Below, one piece after another: positions 10,393-20,632 of a stretch of 64,000 nucleotides of DNA. The notes below the pieces were generated by a model. It was not told the origin of the DNA. It saw nothing but the letters and a program-made list of their open reading frames with translations, and made no database searches. The translations under genes and the position numbers were made by a program. Each line of letters opens with the position of its first letter. Within the stretch, counting starts at the first letter, position 1. Origin of the DNA: an uncultured Thermoplasmatales archaeon (GTDB lineage Archaea > Thermoplasmatota > E2 > DHVEG-1). The stretch is from assembly GCA_964638155.1 (NCBI GenBank), contig CAZWYI010000008.1:4787-68786 (forward strand), written 5' to 3'.

Positions 10393-12498
10393 CTACTCTA
10401 TATTTATACTACTAGACCCGTCATCTTCCTCATATACTTGAATAATATTTTCTACATAATTTTTAACATCTTCAATATGAGTTATTAAAAATATCTGATG
10501 GAATTTTGAAGAAAGATGATTTAGTGCCTTCATAATATTTTGACGTCTTATATTATCCTGAGAACCAAATATTTCATCAAGAATAATAAAATTGAAAATA
10601 CCACCGGCTCGCTCAGTTATTACTTCAGAAATTGAAAGACGTAGGCAAAGATTTGCAAGGTCTTCTTCCCCACCTGAAAAACGCTCGATAGTAAAACCCT
10701 CCCCCTTATCATATACAAAAACGTTATAATTTTCATCAAGTTCTATTTCATTATATTTTCCATCTGTTAACTCTCTATAAAAATCTGAAGCATAGGTTGA
10801 AAGTGTAGGTCTAATCCTTGAAATTAGATACGTTCTAAAATCGCTCATTACATCTGATAGCATCCCAAGATATTTTACTGCGTTTTTTTCCTGCTTAATT
10901 TTCTTTTTATATTCTTCCAGCTGTTTTATTTTTTCTTTAAAATTAGTAATTTTTTCAGAGATTAATTTTTTTTCACCTTGTTTTTTTTCCATATTGATAT
11001 TTAAGGTTGATAGTTCATCTTTTTTTGAATTAAACTTATCTGAAAAGTTTTGATAATTATTGTAAGTCTGCTCAACTTCTTTTTTTACTTTATCATATTT
11101 TCTTTGATCAAAATCTATTTTTCCAATATCTTTTAGAATTTTTTCTTTATTTTTAAAATCAGATTTTTCTTTTTCTATTTCAGAAGAAATATGATGGATA
11201 CTGGCATTTATTTTTTCTTTCTCCCGAAGAGTATTTTGAAGATATGACTTTTTTTTTCGTAAAGCGTTTTTTTCTCTTAGAATTCTTTCTTTTTCTTCTG
11301 TTTTAAGTTTAATTTCTTTATCAAAGCTATTTCTTTTTTCTTCAATTTTTGTTTTTTCTTTATCAAATTTTTTTAATAAAACGTTATATTGGCCAGATAA
11401 TTCTCGTTCACATGTAGGACATTTTGCATTAGGACCAATTTTTTTGATGTTACCTTTCTTTGTTTCAATATCAGATAAATCTTCTTTTAGACGGGTAGAT
11501 AGGGCATTATTTTTTTCTATTTTTTTAACTAGTTTTTCAATATGATTATCAATATCTTCAAGTCTTAGTTCAGCAGATTTAAAATCGCTTTCTACATTTT
11601 TAAAATTGTTTAGTTTCTTTTTTTCTTTATCAAGTTTTTTTTCTCTTTGCTTAATTTTTTTATCTAGTTCTTCTAATTCTTTTTTTAGCTTTTTTTTGTT
11701 TTCAAAAATAGATTTTTTTTCTGAAAGTTCTTCCTTTTTTTTGTTTAACTTTTCGTATTGTTTTTTATAATTATTTAATTTATTTTCAAGTTTATTTTTT
11801 TCCTTTTTAAATTTTTCAATAGTTATTTTGTTTTCTTTTATTTCTTTGTCAATTTTATCTTTTTCTTCTGTTTTATTTTTGATTTCTTTTTTATAAATTT
11901 CTTTTTTATCTTTTCCTTGCTCGTCTGTTAGATCGTCACTTAATTTCTCAATTAAAAAATCTTTGTTTCTTTTATCTGATCGTATCTCTTTTATTACTTC
12001 ATCCAGTGAATCGATACCTAACATTCTTAGTATTAGAGGTCTTCTTTCACTTGCATTCATAGAAGATAATGTGTTAAGTTCTTTTTGTTTTGCAAAAATA
12101 CTTGTAAAAAAAGATTTAAAATCCATTCCTAGTTTTTTTTGTATAAATTTTGTTACTACATCTGCACCAGTTGCTGCAATTTTCCCATTTATTGTAGCAG
12201 TTGCAGAGGCAGTTAGGCTTTTTCCTTTTATTTCTCTAACCACTCTGATTTTTTCTTCTTCAAATATAAAATCTAGTTCGACTCTGCAGGTTTCTTTTTT
12301 ATCTGCATCTTGTCTTCTTATCTCTTCAGTAGAGGTTCTTGCTGCAACTGAGCCATATAAAACCCAGGCTATTGATTCAAAAATTGTTGATTTTCCAACC
12401 CCGTTTAATCCAATAACTCCTACAATTCCATCTGGAAATTCAATAGTTGTATTTTTGAATTTTCTAAAATTTTTAAGAGTTAATGACTTAAGCTGCAT
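10393..12498 (-). CDS. rad50: Rad50/SbcC SMC-like ATPase
   Basis: Walker A GLNGVGKS, zinc hook CPTC, signature FSGGE, Walker B ILDE, H-loop ITH. Confidence 0.92.
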   Translation of the reverse strand: MQLKSLTLKNFRKFKNTTIEFPDGIVGVIGLNGVGKSTIFESIAWVLYGSVAARTSTEEIRRQDADKKETCRVELDFIFEEEKIRVVREIKGKSLTASATATINGKIAATGADVVTKFIQKKLGMDFKSFFTSIFAKQKELNTLSSMNASERRPLILRMLGIDSLDEVIKEIRSDKRNKDFLIEKLSDDLTDEQGKDKKEIYKKEIKNKTEEKDKIDKEIKENKITIEKFKKEKNKLENKLNNYKKQYEKLNKKKEELSEKKSIFENKKKLKKELEELDKKIKQREKKLDKEKKKLNNFKNVESDFKSAELRLEDIDNHIEKLVKKIEKNNALSTRLKEDLSDIETKKGNIKKIGPNAKCPTCERELSGQYNVLLKKFDKEKTKIEEKRNSFDKEIKLKTEEKERILREKNALRKKKSYLQNTLREKEKINASIHHISSEIEKEKSDFKNKEKILKDIGKIDFDQRKYDKVKKEVEQTYNNYQNFSDKFNSKKDELSTLNINMEKKQGEKKLISEKITNFKEKIKQLEEYKKKIKQEKNAVKYLGMLSDVMSDFRTYLISRIRPTLSTYASDFYRELTDGKYNEIELDENYNVFVYDKGEGFTIERFSGGEEDLANLCLRLSISEVITERAGGIFNFIILDEIFGSQDNIRRQNIMKALNHLSSKFHQIFLITHIEDVKNYVENIIQVYEEDDGSSSINIE

Positions 12499-13640
12499 TA
12501 TTTACCTTCTTTTTTTGCCTCTATTTTTTCTATATATCCTATCCCCATATCTGTAAGTGTGTCTTTTTCTTCGATTTCTTTTTTTTCTATAAAATTCTTG
12601 AATTCATTTACTAAAGCATCTATTTTTGAGCTGGAAAAATCACTATCATTTTCTTCTTTTTTTGTAACATTTGTTTTTATTTCATAGTGGATTGCTTCAC
12701 TGAATTCTTTTCTTATTTCATTGAAGTCCAGATTACGGTATATCTCAGGTGATATATCTTCAAGTGTTATTCGTACTGTTTTTTTATTTGGTTTTATTTT
12801 TTTTGATTGTTCTTTGATTTTTTTCATTATTTGATCTATTTTTAGTTCAGAACATTTAATTGGTTCTGAATCAACCATAGGCCTAGTTTTTATTTTAATA
12901 AAATTAGGGCTAAATTTTTCTTTTTCTATGTTTATTTTAATAAATCCTTTTTCTTCATTGGCTTCAGTAAAAGAAAGGCTTTCTATGGAACCAGAATAAT
13001 AAGCATTTTCTGCAAGTTTTGTATAATTATGGAAATGACCTAAAGCTATATAATCAAAATTTCTAGAAAGTATTCTTGCAGGGATTATCAATTCATTAAA
13101 CTCATTCATAGAATAACTTTGAACCCCAGTTACAGAGCCGTGTGATATAAAAATATTAAAATCTGCTTTTTTTTCTGGTTTTAATTTTTTTAGTTGTTCA
13201 TCAAAATCTTTTTTAGAGTTACACTGAGGGATTGCATGTATAACAATCTTTTTTCCTTTTATATCAAAATCAATTTTTTCATATTTTTCATTATATACAG
13301 GATAAACATTATCTATATGATCAAACACGCTAAATATATGCCCTGTTTCTTTTAGTTTAGGATGCTCATGATTTCCAGATATTAATACCATAGGTATTTT
13401 TTCTTTCGAGAGTCTTACCAATTGTTTTATCGCAAATGTTATCGCACGGTTATTTGGCCGTACTGAATCAAATAGGTCCCCCGCATGCAAAACAATATCA
13501 GGTTTTTTTTCAATTGCGTAGTCTATAAATTCTTTAAAAGAATTATATATGTCTATCTCTCGTTGGTTCACACCTTCTTCATTAGATTTTCTATAGGCAG
13601 CATAGCCAAGATGTGAATCTGCTGTGTGTAAAATTTTCAT
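12498..13640 (-). CDS. mre11: Mre11/SbcD nuclease
   Basis: DSHLG, GDLFD, GNHE, HGS, GHFH motifs. Confidence 0.93.
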   Translation of the reverse strand: MKILHTADSHLGYAAYRKSNEEGVNQREIDIYNSFKEFIDYAIEKKPDIVLHAGDLFDSVRPNNRAITFAIKQLVRLSKEKIPMVLISGNHEHPKLKETGHIFSVFDHIDNVYPVYNEKYEKIDFDIKGKKIVIHAIPQCNSKKDFDEQLKKLKPEKKADFNIFISHGSVTGVQSYSMNEFNELIIPARILSRNFDYIALGHFHNYTKLAENAYYSGSIESLSFTEANEEKGFIKINIEKEKFSPNFIKIKTRPMVDSEPIKCSELKIDQIMKKIKEQSKKIKPNKKTVRITLEDISPEIYRNLDFNEIRKEFSEAIHYEIKTNVTKKEENDSDFSSSKIDALVNEFKNFIEKKEIEEKDTLTDMGIGYIEKIEAKKEGK

Positions 13641-13653
13641 ACTAAATTTATCC

Positions 13654-15036
13654 TTATTTCTTCCTCTTTAATTTCATATCAAGTATGTCACAGACAATGG
13701 TATCTGCTTCAAGTGTAGGTGCAATAGGTGGAGCATAAGCTGTTTCAAGTTTTTTGAAATCATTAACCCTAAGCCCGCCTAGAATTGCAGCAGCATATGT
13801 ATTTACTCTTTTTGCTGCTTTATCTCCAATTGCTTGCATGCTTACTATTTTTTCATTTTCAGTATCTGCTTTGACTTTGATTGTAATTGGTTTTCCACCA
13901 GGAAAATATTCAGGCAATGATTCGCCATTATATTTGGAACTAATTATTTTGTCTTTATCTACTAAATTTTCACATGCACCAACCGATGCTACTTCTATAT
14001 CAAAAAAATCTGATGTACATGTATTTAGAAACCCGTGAAATAACTTATATTCCCCACCAGATGAGTTTATTCCTGCAGAGATACCCTGCCTTACCACTAT
14101 ACTACCAAGTCCAATACATATTTTCTTTTTTGAAACATAATCATAGTATTCAGTGCAATCTCCAACTGCATAGACATCTTCAATACTTGTCTGTGATTTT
14201 TTATCAACTATTATTCCCCCGGTCTTGCCAATCTTACAACCTATGCTTTCAGCAAGATTTGTATTTGCTTTGGTACCTGTTGCGATAATTAAAAGATCTG
14301 TATCTATTTTCTTTTCTTCATCTGTTTTTTTATTTTTTATTAAAACAGATTTTATTTTACCGTTTTCTTTTTTTATTTCAGAGGCAAGATGATCAGTATA
14401 AATATCAACTTCTTCAGGGATCTTTTTTGCAACCATTTTTGCCATATCTGAATCAAATATATTTGCAAGAATATTTGGAAGCGCCTCAACTATTGTTATA
14501 TTCATACCCATTTTGTATAAATTATCAGCCATCTCAAGGCCAATAAAACCAGCACCAACAATTGTAGCATTCCTTTTTTCTTTAACATAAGATTTAATTT
14601 TTTTAGCATCATCAATTGTTCTTAAAACACTAACTCCATCAATTAGTTCATTACCTTCTTTTAAGTTTTTAATTGGAGGAATAGAAGGTATTGCACCAGT
14701 ACAAATTATTAATGAATCATATTCTTTTTTTATTTCTCTATCTTTATTTTCTGCTATTACAATTTTTTTTTCTTTATCGATTTTTTTTACTTTTGTATTT
14801 AAAAATAAATCAATTTTTGATTTTTTAAAAAAATCTTCATCAAACTCTATTAGATCTTTAAAATTTGGTATTTCACCTGATATTGCATATGGTAGCCCAC
14901 ACTTTGAATATTCAGGATATTTATCTTTTTCAAATATAGTTATACTTGCTTTTCTATTATTTTTTCTTGCAAATTGAGCAGCAGTAGCTCCCCCTGCCCC
15001 ACATCCTATGATTACAATCTTTTTAGCTTCAGTCAA
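13654..15036 (-). CDS. FAD-dependent CoA-disulfide reductase/NADH oxidase family protein
   Basis: GCGAGG, single redox Cys in YSKCGLPY, GAGFIG, YAVGD, YAPP. Confidence 0.88.
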   Translation of the reverse strand: MTEAKKIVIIGCGAGGATAAQFARKNNRKASITIFEKDKYPEYSKCGLPYAISGEIPNFKDLIEFDEDFFKKSKIDLFLNTKVKKIDKEKKIVIAENKDREIKKEYDSLIICTGAIPSIPPIKNLKEGNELIDGVSVLRTIDDAKKIKSYVKEKRNATIVGAGFIGLEMADNLYKMGMNITIVEALPNILANIFDSDMAKMVAKKIPEEVDIYTDHLASEIKKENGKIKSVLIKNKKTDEEKKIDTDLLIIATGTKANTNLAESIGCKIGKTGGIIVDKKSQTSIEDVYAVGDCTEYYDYVSKKKICIGLGSIVVRQGISAGINSSGGEYKLFHGFLNTCTSDFFDIEVASVGACENLVDKDKIISSKYNGESLPEYFPGGKPITIKVKADTENEKIVSMQAIGDKAAKRVNTYAAAILGGLRVNDFKKLETAYAPPIAPTLEADTIVCDILDMKLKRKK

Positions 15037-15243
15037 AACTTACCCCCTCCGTCCTAAATATATAAGTTCATTTAATGTTTTTCTTTTCTTGCAGCGATAA
15101 ATGAAAAAATAATAGAATGATAATTATAAAATAGATTATTCTAGTTGTCCATATTGTAAAATTACCTTGTAACTAATTTTATCAAAATATATTTCATATT
15201 TTATATTTATTTTTTCTCTTAAAAAAGAAAAGAAAAGTTTGTT

Positions 15244-16728
15244 TTAATGCCATTCGTTTTCAAAAGCGAAGTAATTAATTCTAGACCAATCATCAATATC
15301 AGGTTCTTGTCTTGAACCATCTGAGTAATCAACTATTTGAAACATCCATGCATAGTTCATACAGCTTTTATAAGGTCTATTTTTCCAGTATCCTGGTTGC
15401 CATGGGTATTTACTAAAGTCATCATGTCCGGGAATAGGATTAAAAGCAAAAGTATGGCCAAGTTCATGCATATAGGCACTACCATAAACGATGTCTCTAT
15501 CAAGCATATGTTTAAATTGGTTATATTTGTCTTCCATTCCCTTGCTTGCTATTTGAAATGCATTTGATCTAAACATATATCCCGGTATATCTTCATAATA
15601 TATGACTAGCCCATAATGAAATACTCCGCGTCTCCAGTTATCTTCATCACCATGTAAAAAATATTCATAATAAATTTTACTTAAGTCTCTTCGACCAATG
15701 TCATCATCAAATGGGATTATTTCATAACCACCCATCTCACCCATATCTAAATGATAGACTATGTTTTGTCTATCAAATGCTGTTTTTATGAGTTCTTTTG
15801 CATTAACAGGAAAATAGACTTTTTCTCCATTTGGTCCATCTCCCATTTTATCCATTTCAACAAAAACATCTTTTCTGTATGGATCTGAGTACCATTCTGA
15901 TGTAAGATATTCTTCATAGTTGTTTATGCTATCCTGATCTGGATCAATCTCTTTATGATTATCATATTCAAAAGGATTGTATCCCCATTTCAATTCCCAT
16001 TCTACAGGTATTAAATCTTTATCAGGATCACCTGTGTTTTTTTGCTTAGGATCTGTATTATAAATATTTACTTCAGACCAATATGTAATTCCATCGCCAT
16101 CGTAGTCGTTTTGGAAAATATTAAACCATAATTCACAGTCTCTATCCTTTTCGTATATCGTTCCATCAACACAACCGCATAATCTACCATAACCACTTGA
16201 ATCGTCTAGTTGATCATCTCCAGTCCAACATCCTGTTTTAATACTATATGTTATCTCTGCAACATATTTGTCAGTGGATCCTTCAAAATCTCCACTTATA
16301 TCACATAAAACATCTTCTTTACCGCTCATGGAGTTCCATAATTGGATTTTTATATTTACATATTCTTGTTCATCATCTACATCTAATGTTGCACTAAAAT
16401 CAGGATTATATATGTATCTTTTATTATTATATATCTCACTTGTAAATTCTTCACCGTTAATTATAATTTTTAAATATAAATTGGTATTTTCATTGTCATA
16501 TGATTGTGTTTCAAAAAATTTGTTAAACAAGTTGAAAGCTATGTTTTTTAGTTTAATTTCTGGTTCTTCATATTCTAAATAGCGTATAGCCTGTATATCC
16601 ACTGTGATAGCTGTATCAACTAATGGATCAAAATCATCATTGTTGTTAGTTTTGATTATAGTGGAACTAACGGTATAACTAACAATTAGTAATATCCCAA
16701 TAATTAAACAAAATAACCTCTTACCCAT
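15244..16728 (-). CDS. Secreted zinc metalloprotease-like protein with Ca-binding DxDxDG repeats
   Basis: Signal peptide; DYDGDG, DPDKDL, DPDQDS; HELGHTF followed by SCMNY; GAGGTG RBS favours ATG at 16728. Confidence 0.7.
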   Translation of the reverse strand: MGKRLFCLIIGILLIVSYTVSSTIIKTNNNDDFDPLVDTAITVDIQAIRYLEYEEPEIKLKNIAFNLFNKFFETQSYDNENTNLYLKIIINGEEFTSEIYNNKRYIYNPDFSATLDVDDEQEYVNIKIQLWNSMSGKEDVLCDISGDFEGSTDKYVAEITYSIKTGCWTGDDQLDDSSGYGRLCGCVDGTIYEKDRDCELWFNIFQNDYDGDGITYWSEVNIYNTDPKQKNTGDPDKDLIPVEWELKWGYNPFEYDNHKEIDPDQDSINNYEEYLTSEWYSDPYRKDVFVEMDKMGDGPNGEKVYFPVNAKELIKTAFDRQNIVYHLDMGEMGGYEIIPFDDDIGRRDLSKIYYEYFLHGDEDNWRRGVFHYGLVIYYEDIPGYMFRSNAFQIASKGMEDKYNQFKHMLDRDIVYGSAYMHELGHTFAFNPIPGHDDFSKYPWQPGYWKNRPYKSCMNYAWMFQIVDYSDGSRQEPDIDDWSRINYFAFENEWH

Positions 16729-16820
16729 AATTAACACCTCTAAATTTATTTCATTACACTATTTAGTATATATAAAATTTTGCTCAAAACTTGAGATTTC
16801 AAAAAGTTAAATATATATCC

Positions 16821-18719
16821 TTATTTTTTAAAAACCATATATGTTAAAAAAACTATAGGAATTAAACTTAGAAAATATATTGGAGAAAAAGAAGCTTTAA
16901 TACCTTTATTTGGTCTTGTTTCAATGTTTACCATCTTAAGTTGTAATAGATTATTACAATCATAAAATGATTTTTGTATTAAACTAAATCCTTTTTCGTA
17001 GTTATCATTTTCCAAAAAATTCTTTCCAGTATTGTAATCGTCTATTATTGAATTAATATTTTTCCCTAATGACTCAGCCATATCTATTCTTGTCTTTACA
17101 ATATCTAACGCGATATCTATTATTTCTTCAACAAAATATTCGTGGTTATCTAATTTAGATAATTCTATTACATTTTCTTTCATTTTTTTAAGAGAAAAAG
17201 AATAATTATCCTCCCAAATATTTGAAATTAGCTTTTCTATTTGTTTTTTATTAGAGTATTCATCTAATGTATACCACATTTTTTGGGTTAAAAAACCTTG
17301 TTTTTGCATTCCATTATCGCTTAATGTAAAAAAATTTGAAATGTTTTCTTTGTCTTCGTTTACTATTATTTCTTTTAGATAATCTGTTTCATTTAAAAAA
17401 ACCTGTTCAGTTTTTTCAAAAAATTTTGATAAATAACCATGACCATAGAAATTTAGTAAATCTAGTGATAACTCTGCTACTTCTCCTGTTTCATAAGGAT
17501 CATAGATTTCAGTATCACATATATGTATAGGTACATATATTGATGAGCAGGCATGATTTGGTGAAAACCATCCCTCACTTAGAACATCATACTCTTTTTT
17601 TGGGATTTTATATATCATTGACCCTTCATAATTATATGCAGGATTTTCACCACACATGCTTCTCAGCCCATCTAGATCACTACTGTGAAGTCTAGACCAT
17701 TTTATCATATCTGAAACATCTATTGATCCAACCTCTTTTTGAATTATTTCATTCATTCTGTCTTCCCATGCTTTGTATTCATAACTAACTTTTACATCTG
17801 CTTTGTTGTTATTGATACTATTTAGTTCAATATAATAAAAACCAACTTTTTTGCCTTCACCAATATTTATCCTTGTTAAAGAATTAAGTTTTATTTGTCG
17901 CCCTACAATATTTCCTTTGCTAAAAGAAATTGGTATCTGTTTAACTTCGATATAATCATGACCTACATTCATAACTCTTAAGCCAAATATGCTTCCAAAG
18001 CCAAGGCGTATTGCTCTTTTTTCTCTAATCGTTCCTTCGAACTCTTTATCAAAAGATTTTGCAATCGATCTATAGATAAAACTTTTTTTCCATAGTTCTT
18101 TTGCATAGTTTGTCATTACCACAAAATCATCTACTTTTTTTGTTTTGTGGTGAATGACATCTGCTTCTATGACATATCCTTCATCTGGCCCTACAACAAA
18201 AAGATTCTCAGGTACACCTGTTGCATGGTATTTATCTACCGCATCCTCTGTCAGTAACGATACTGCTTCTTTTTCGTTATCAGCTGTTTGGCATGCATAA
18301 CGTATCCAATCAAAATCATCCCATGCATTTTGTGTAGGGTTCTTCCAGTTTGTTATTGTATCTGCATCGCCAAAAGCTAGTCCTGCATCTGTAAAACACA
18401 TTCCAGGTTTTACAATATTTGGTATCACATCACCACTAGATACAACTCCAATTATTTTGTGTTTTACTTCAAAATTCATTTCTTTTCCAGTCCAAGGATG
18501 TCTATATGTATAGGTATATCCTTTTGGAACAATTGTTAAAACCTGATAATCTGGTCTGCTTGGATCACGTACTTTTAATAAAAGGTTAAAATCCCCATCT
18601 GTTGCATCACCGCATGCTATAATATCTTTGCATGCCTGGGTTGAATTAGGTACAATAATTATGAAGCATAAAAAAAATAGAATTGTGTATAAAACTGGTT
18701 TTTTATTCTTAATATTCAT
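16821..18719 (-). CDS. Secreted, C-terminally anchored Ntn-hydrolase (C45/C69-like)
   Basis: Signal peptide ends TQA followed by CKDIIACGDAT (N-terminal nucleophile Cys) and LLLKVRD; C-terminal TM plus KK. Confidence 0.65.
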   Translation of the reverse strand: MNIKNKKPVLYTILFFLCFIIIVPNSTQACKDIIACGDATDGDFNLLLKVRDPSRPDYQVLTIVPKGYTYTYRHPWTGKEMNFEVKHKIIGVVSSGDVIPNIVKPGMCFTDAGLAFGDADTITNWKNPTQNAWDDFDWIRYACQTADNEKEAVSLLTEDAVDKYHATGVPENLFVVGPDEGYVIEADVIHHKTKKVDDFVVMTNYAKELWKKSFIYRSIAKSFDKEFEGTIREKRAIRLGFGSIFGLRVMNVGHDYIEVKQIPISFSKGNIVGRQIKLNSLTRINIGEGKKVGFYYIELNSINNNKADVKVSYEYKAWEDRMNEIIQKEVGSIDVSDMIKWSRLHSSDLDGLRSMCGENPAYNYEGSMIYKIPKKEYDVLSEGWFSPNHACSSIYVPIHICDTEIYDPYETGEVAELSLDLLNFYGHGYLSKFFEKTEQVFLNETDYLKEIIVNEDKENISNFFTLSDNGMQKQGFLTQKMWYTLDEYSNKKQIEKLISNIWEDNYSFSLKKMKENVIELSKLDNHEYFVEEIIDIALDIVKTRIDMAESLGKNINSIIDDYNTGKNFLENDNYEKGFSLIQKSFYDCNNLLQLKMVNIETRPNKGIKASFSPIYFLSLIPIVFLTYMVFKK

Positions 18720-18790
18720 TTGATGTAAAAATAGCAGTTATAACTTATAAATATTTTCTATCAAATTTTTAAAATATTAAAAAAAGATAT

Positions 18791-19756
18791 TTATTCTTTT
18801 TTATCTTTTTTTTCTTTTGTGGATTTCTTTTTTGTTTTGCTTGTCTTTTTCTTTGATTTTGATTTTTTAGTTTTTTTCTTTTTTGTTGAGCTTGATTTTT
18901 TTTCTTTTGATTCTGTTTCTTCTTTTTTGGGTTTTTCTTTCTTTGTTTCCTTTGGTTTATCTTTTTCTTCAGTTTTTTCTTTTGCTTCTTGCTCTATTTT
19001 TTCTGTCTCTTCTTTTTTTGGTTCTTCCTTTGTTTCTTCATCTTTCTTTTCTTCTTTTTTTGTTTTTTTGTCTTCTTTTTCCTTTGATTCTTCAGGTTTT
19101 TCTTTTTTCTCTTCTGTCTCTTTTTTTTCTGATTCTTCTTTTATTTTTCTAGTAGGCTCTGATATAAGTTCTGTTTTAAAAATTTCTACTCTTTTTACGG
19201 GATAGAGTTTTTTACAATTTTTGTAAATATCGCTACCCATTTTTCCATCGACAATGTTTTTTACAAATTCATTTAAGGTATTTGTTTTTGCTTGTTTTAA
19301 AATAGTACTTTTCATTGATTCTCTAACTACTCTTTTTTGAGAATTTTGTATTCTTTTATCAGTTGTCGCAAATGGTTTTACTCTAATTTTTGCACCATCA
19401 CGTGTGGTTACATCATATACTCCTTCGATTTTTGATCTTCTTCGCCTTATCATTCTTCTTAAGTAATCAGATGTCAATGAATGCCCTACAAAATGTGTAT
19501 GGGCGTTTGAGTCTTCAATTTCATCTATTTTAAAATATAATAGGATATGTGATTTTCTAAAATCATTTGTTAAATCCTGCATAGTTACTTGTGTAACTCT
19601 ATCTATTAATGAATCTGGATTATTTGCTAGAGTTTGAGCTATTGTCACATTATCAAAAGATGCAGGGGCAAGTACATCAAACCATTTTTTTGCTTTCCAT
19701 CTATCTTTTACTTTTCTTGCTTGTGCACGACTTCTTGCTTTTGCCATTTTTACCAC
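18791..19756 (-). CDS. rps3ae: 30S ribosomal protein S3Ae with a ~120-aa K/E-rich C-terminal extension
   Basis: VKDRWKAKKWFDVLAP, DYLRRMIRRRRSKI, YPVKRVEI. Confidence 0.96.
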   Translation of the reverse strand: MVKMAKARSRAQARKVKDRWKAKKWFDVLAPASFDNVTIAQTLANNPDSLIDRVTQVTMQDLTNDFRKSHILLYFKIDEIEDSNAHTHFVGHSLTSDYLRRMIRRRRSKIEGVYDVTTRDGAKIRVKPFATTDKRIQNSQKRVVRESMKSTILKQAKTNTLNEFVKNIVDGKMGSDIYKNCKKLYPVKRVEIFKTELISEPTRKIKEESEKKETEEKKEKPEESKEKEDKKTKKEEKKDEETKEEPKKEETEKIEQEAKEKTEEKDKPKETKKEKPKKEETESKEKKSSSTKKKKTKKSKSKKKTSKTKKKSTKEKKDKKE

Positions 19757-19834
19757 TTACTAATTATTAGTTATATCAAATCGGTTTTTTGGGTAATACA
19801 CTACTTATACTTAAATTATGCTGAAGCATTATAT

Positions 19835-20632
19835 CTAAAAAGCATCTCTTATTTTTAGGTTTTTATTACGCCCAATATCAAAAATATATTTTCTAATTTT
19901 TTCATAGAAAACAGACTTTTCAAAAATTTTTTTATAAAAATTTGTTTTAAGATAGTTATTTAAGTTTATCTTATTAGTTATATTTTGTTTCATGTCTTTC
20001 CTTATATTAAATTTATCAATCAAAATTTCTGAGATATTGTACGTTGAAAATATCTCAAATAATTCTTCCACATCTTTTTTAGTTACTGTAGGATATATAG
20101 GTCCAAAAAATACACTAGTTTTTACATTTGTATTTGAAAATCTTTTCAAAGCATCAAGTCTATTTTGTATCGATGAAGAAAACGGTTCTAATAGTTTTCT
20201 TTCAGAATCATTTAGCGTTCCGATACTAAACATTACTTCAGCATTTGAAAACTTTGAAATTAAATCTATATCTCTAACTATTAAATTTGATTTAGTCTGT
20301 ATACAAATTGGGAAATTATAAATCAAAAGTTGTTCCAAACAGTATCTAGTAAGTCTATATTTTCTTTCAATTGGCTGATATGGATCAGTAACAGTCGAGA
20401 TTCCTACTACTCCTTTTTCTTTTTTTCTAATTTCTTTTAATAAAACATTTGGAATGTTGGTTTTTGTTTTTACAAAACTACCCCAATTTCCTCTAGGAAT
20501 TCTCATTACATTTGGAACATAACAATATGCACAATTATGCTGGCATCCAGTATAAGGATTTAATGAGTAATCCAGACCAGGTAGCCTTGATTTAGAAAGA
20601 GCTGTTTTACATTTTACTTCTGTTATTTTCAT
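19835..20632 (-). CDS. Radical SAM protein, spore-photoproduct-lyase-like family
   Basis: SLNPYTGCQHNCAYCY, STVTDPYQP, IQTKS, LLEP. Confidence 0.88.
   Translation of the reverse strand: MKITEVKCKTALSKSRLPGLDYSLNPYTGCQHNCAYCYVPNVMRIPRGNWGSFVKTKTNIPNVLLKEIRKKEKGVVGISTVTDPYQPIERKYRLTRYCLEQLLIYNFPICIQTKSNLIVRDIDLISKFSNAEVMFSIGTLNDSERKLLEPFSSSIQNRLDALKRFSNTNVKTSVFFGPIYPTVTKKDVEELFEIFSTYNISEILIDKFNIRKDMKQNITNKINLNNYLKTNFYKKIFEKSVFYEKIRKYIFDIGRNKNLKIRDAF

Noticed and set aside
18819-19205. Phe/Ser-rich ORFs on the + strand, and the many other short antisense ORFs in the track
   Set aside because: These are antisense shadows of real genes (here the K/E-rich S3Ae tail), with no RBS or motifs.
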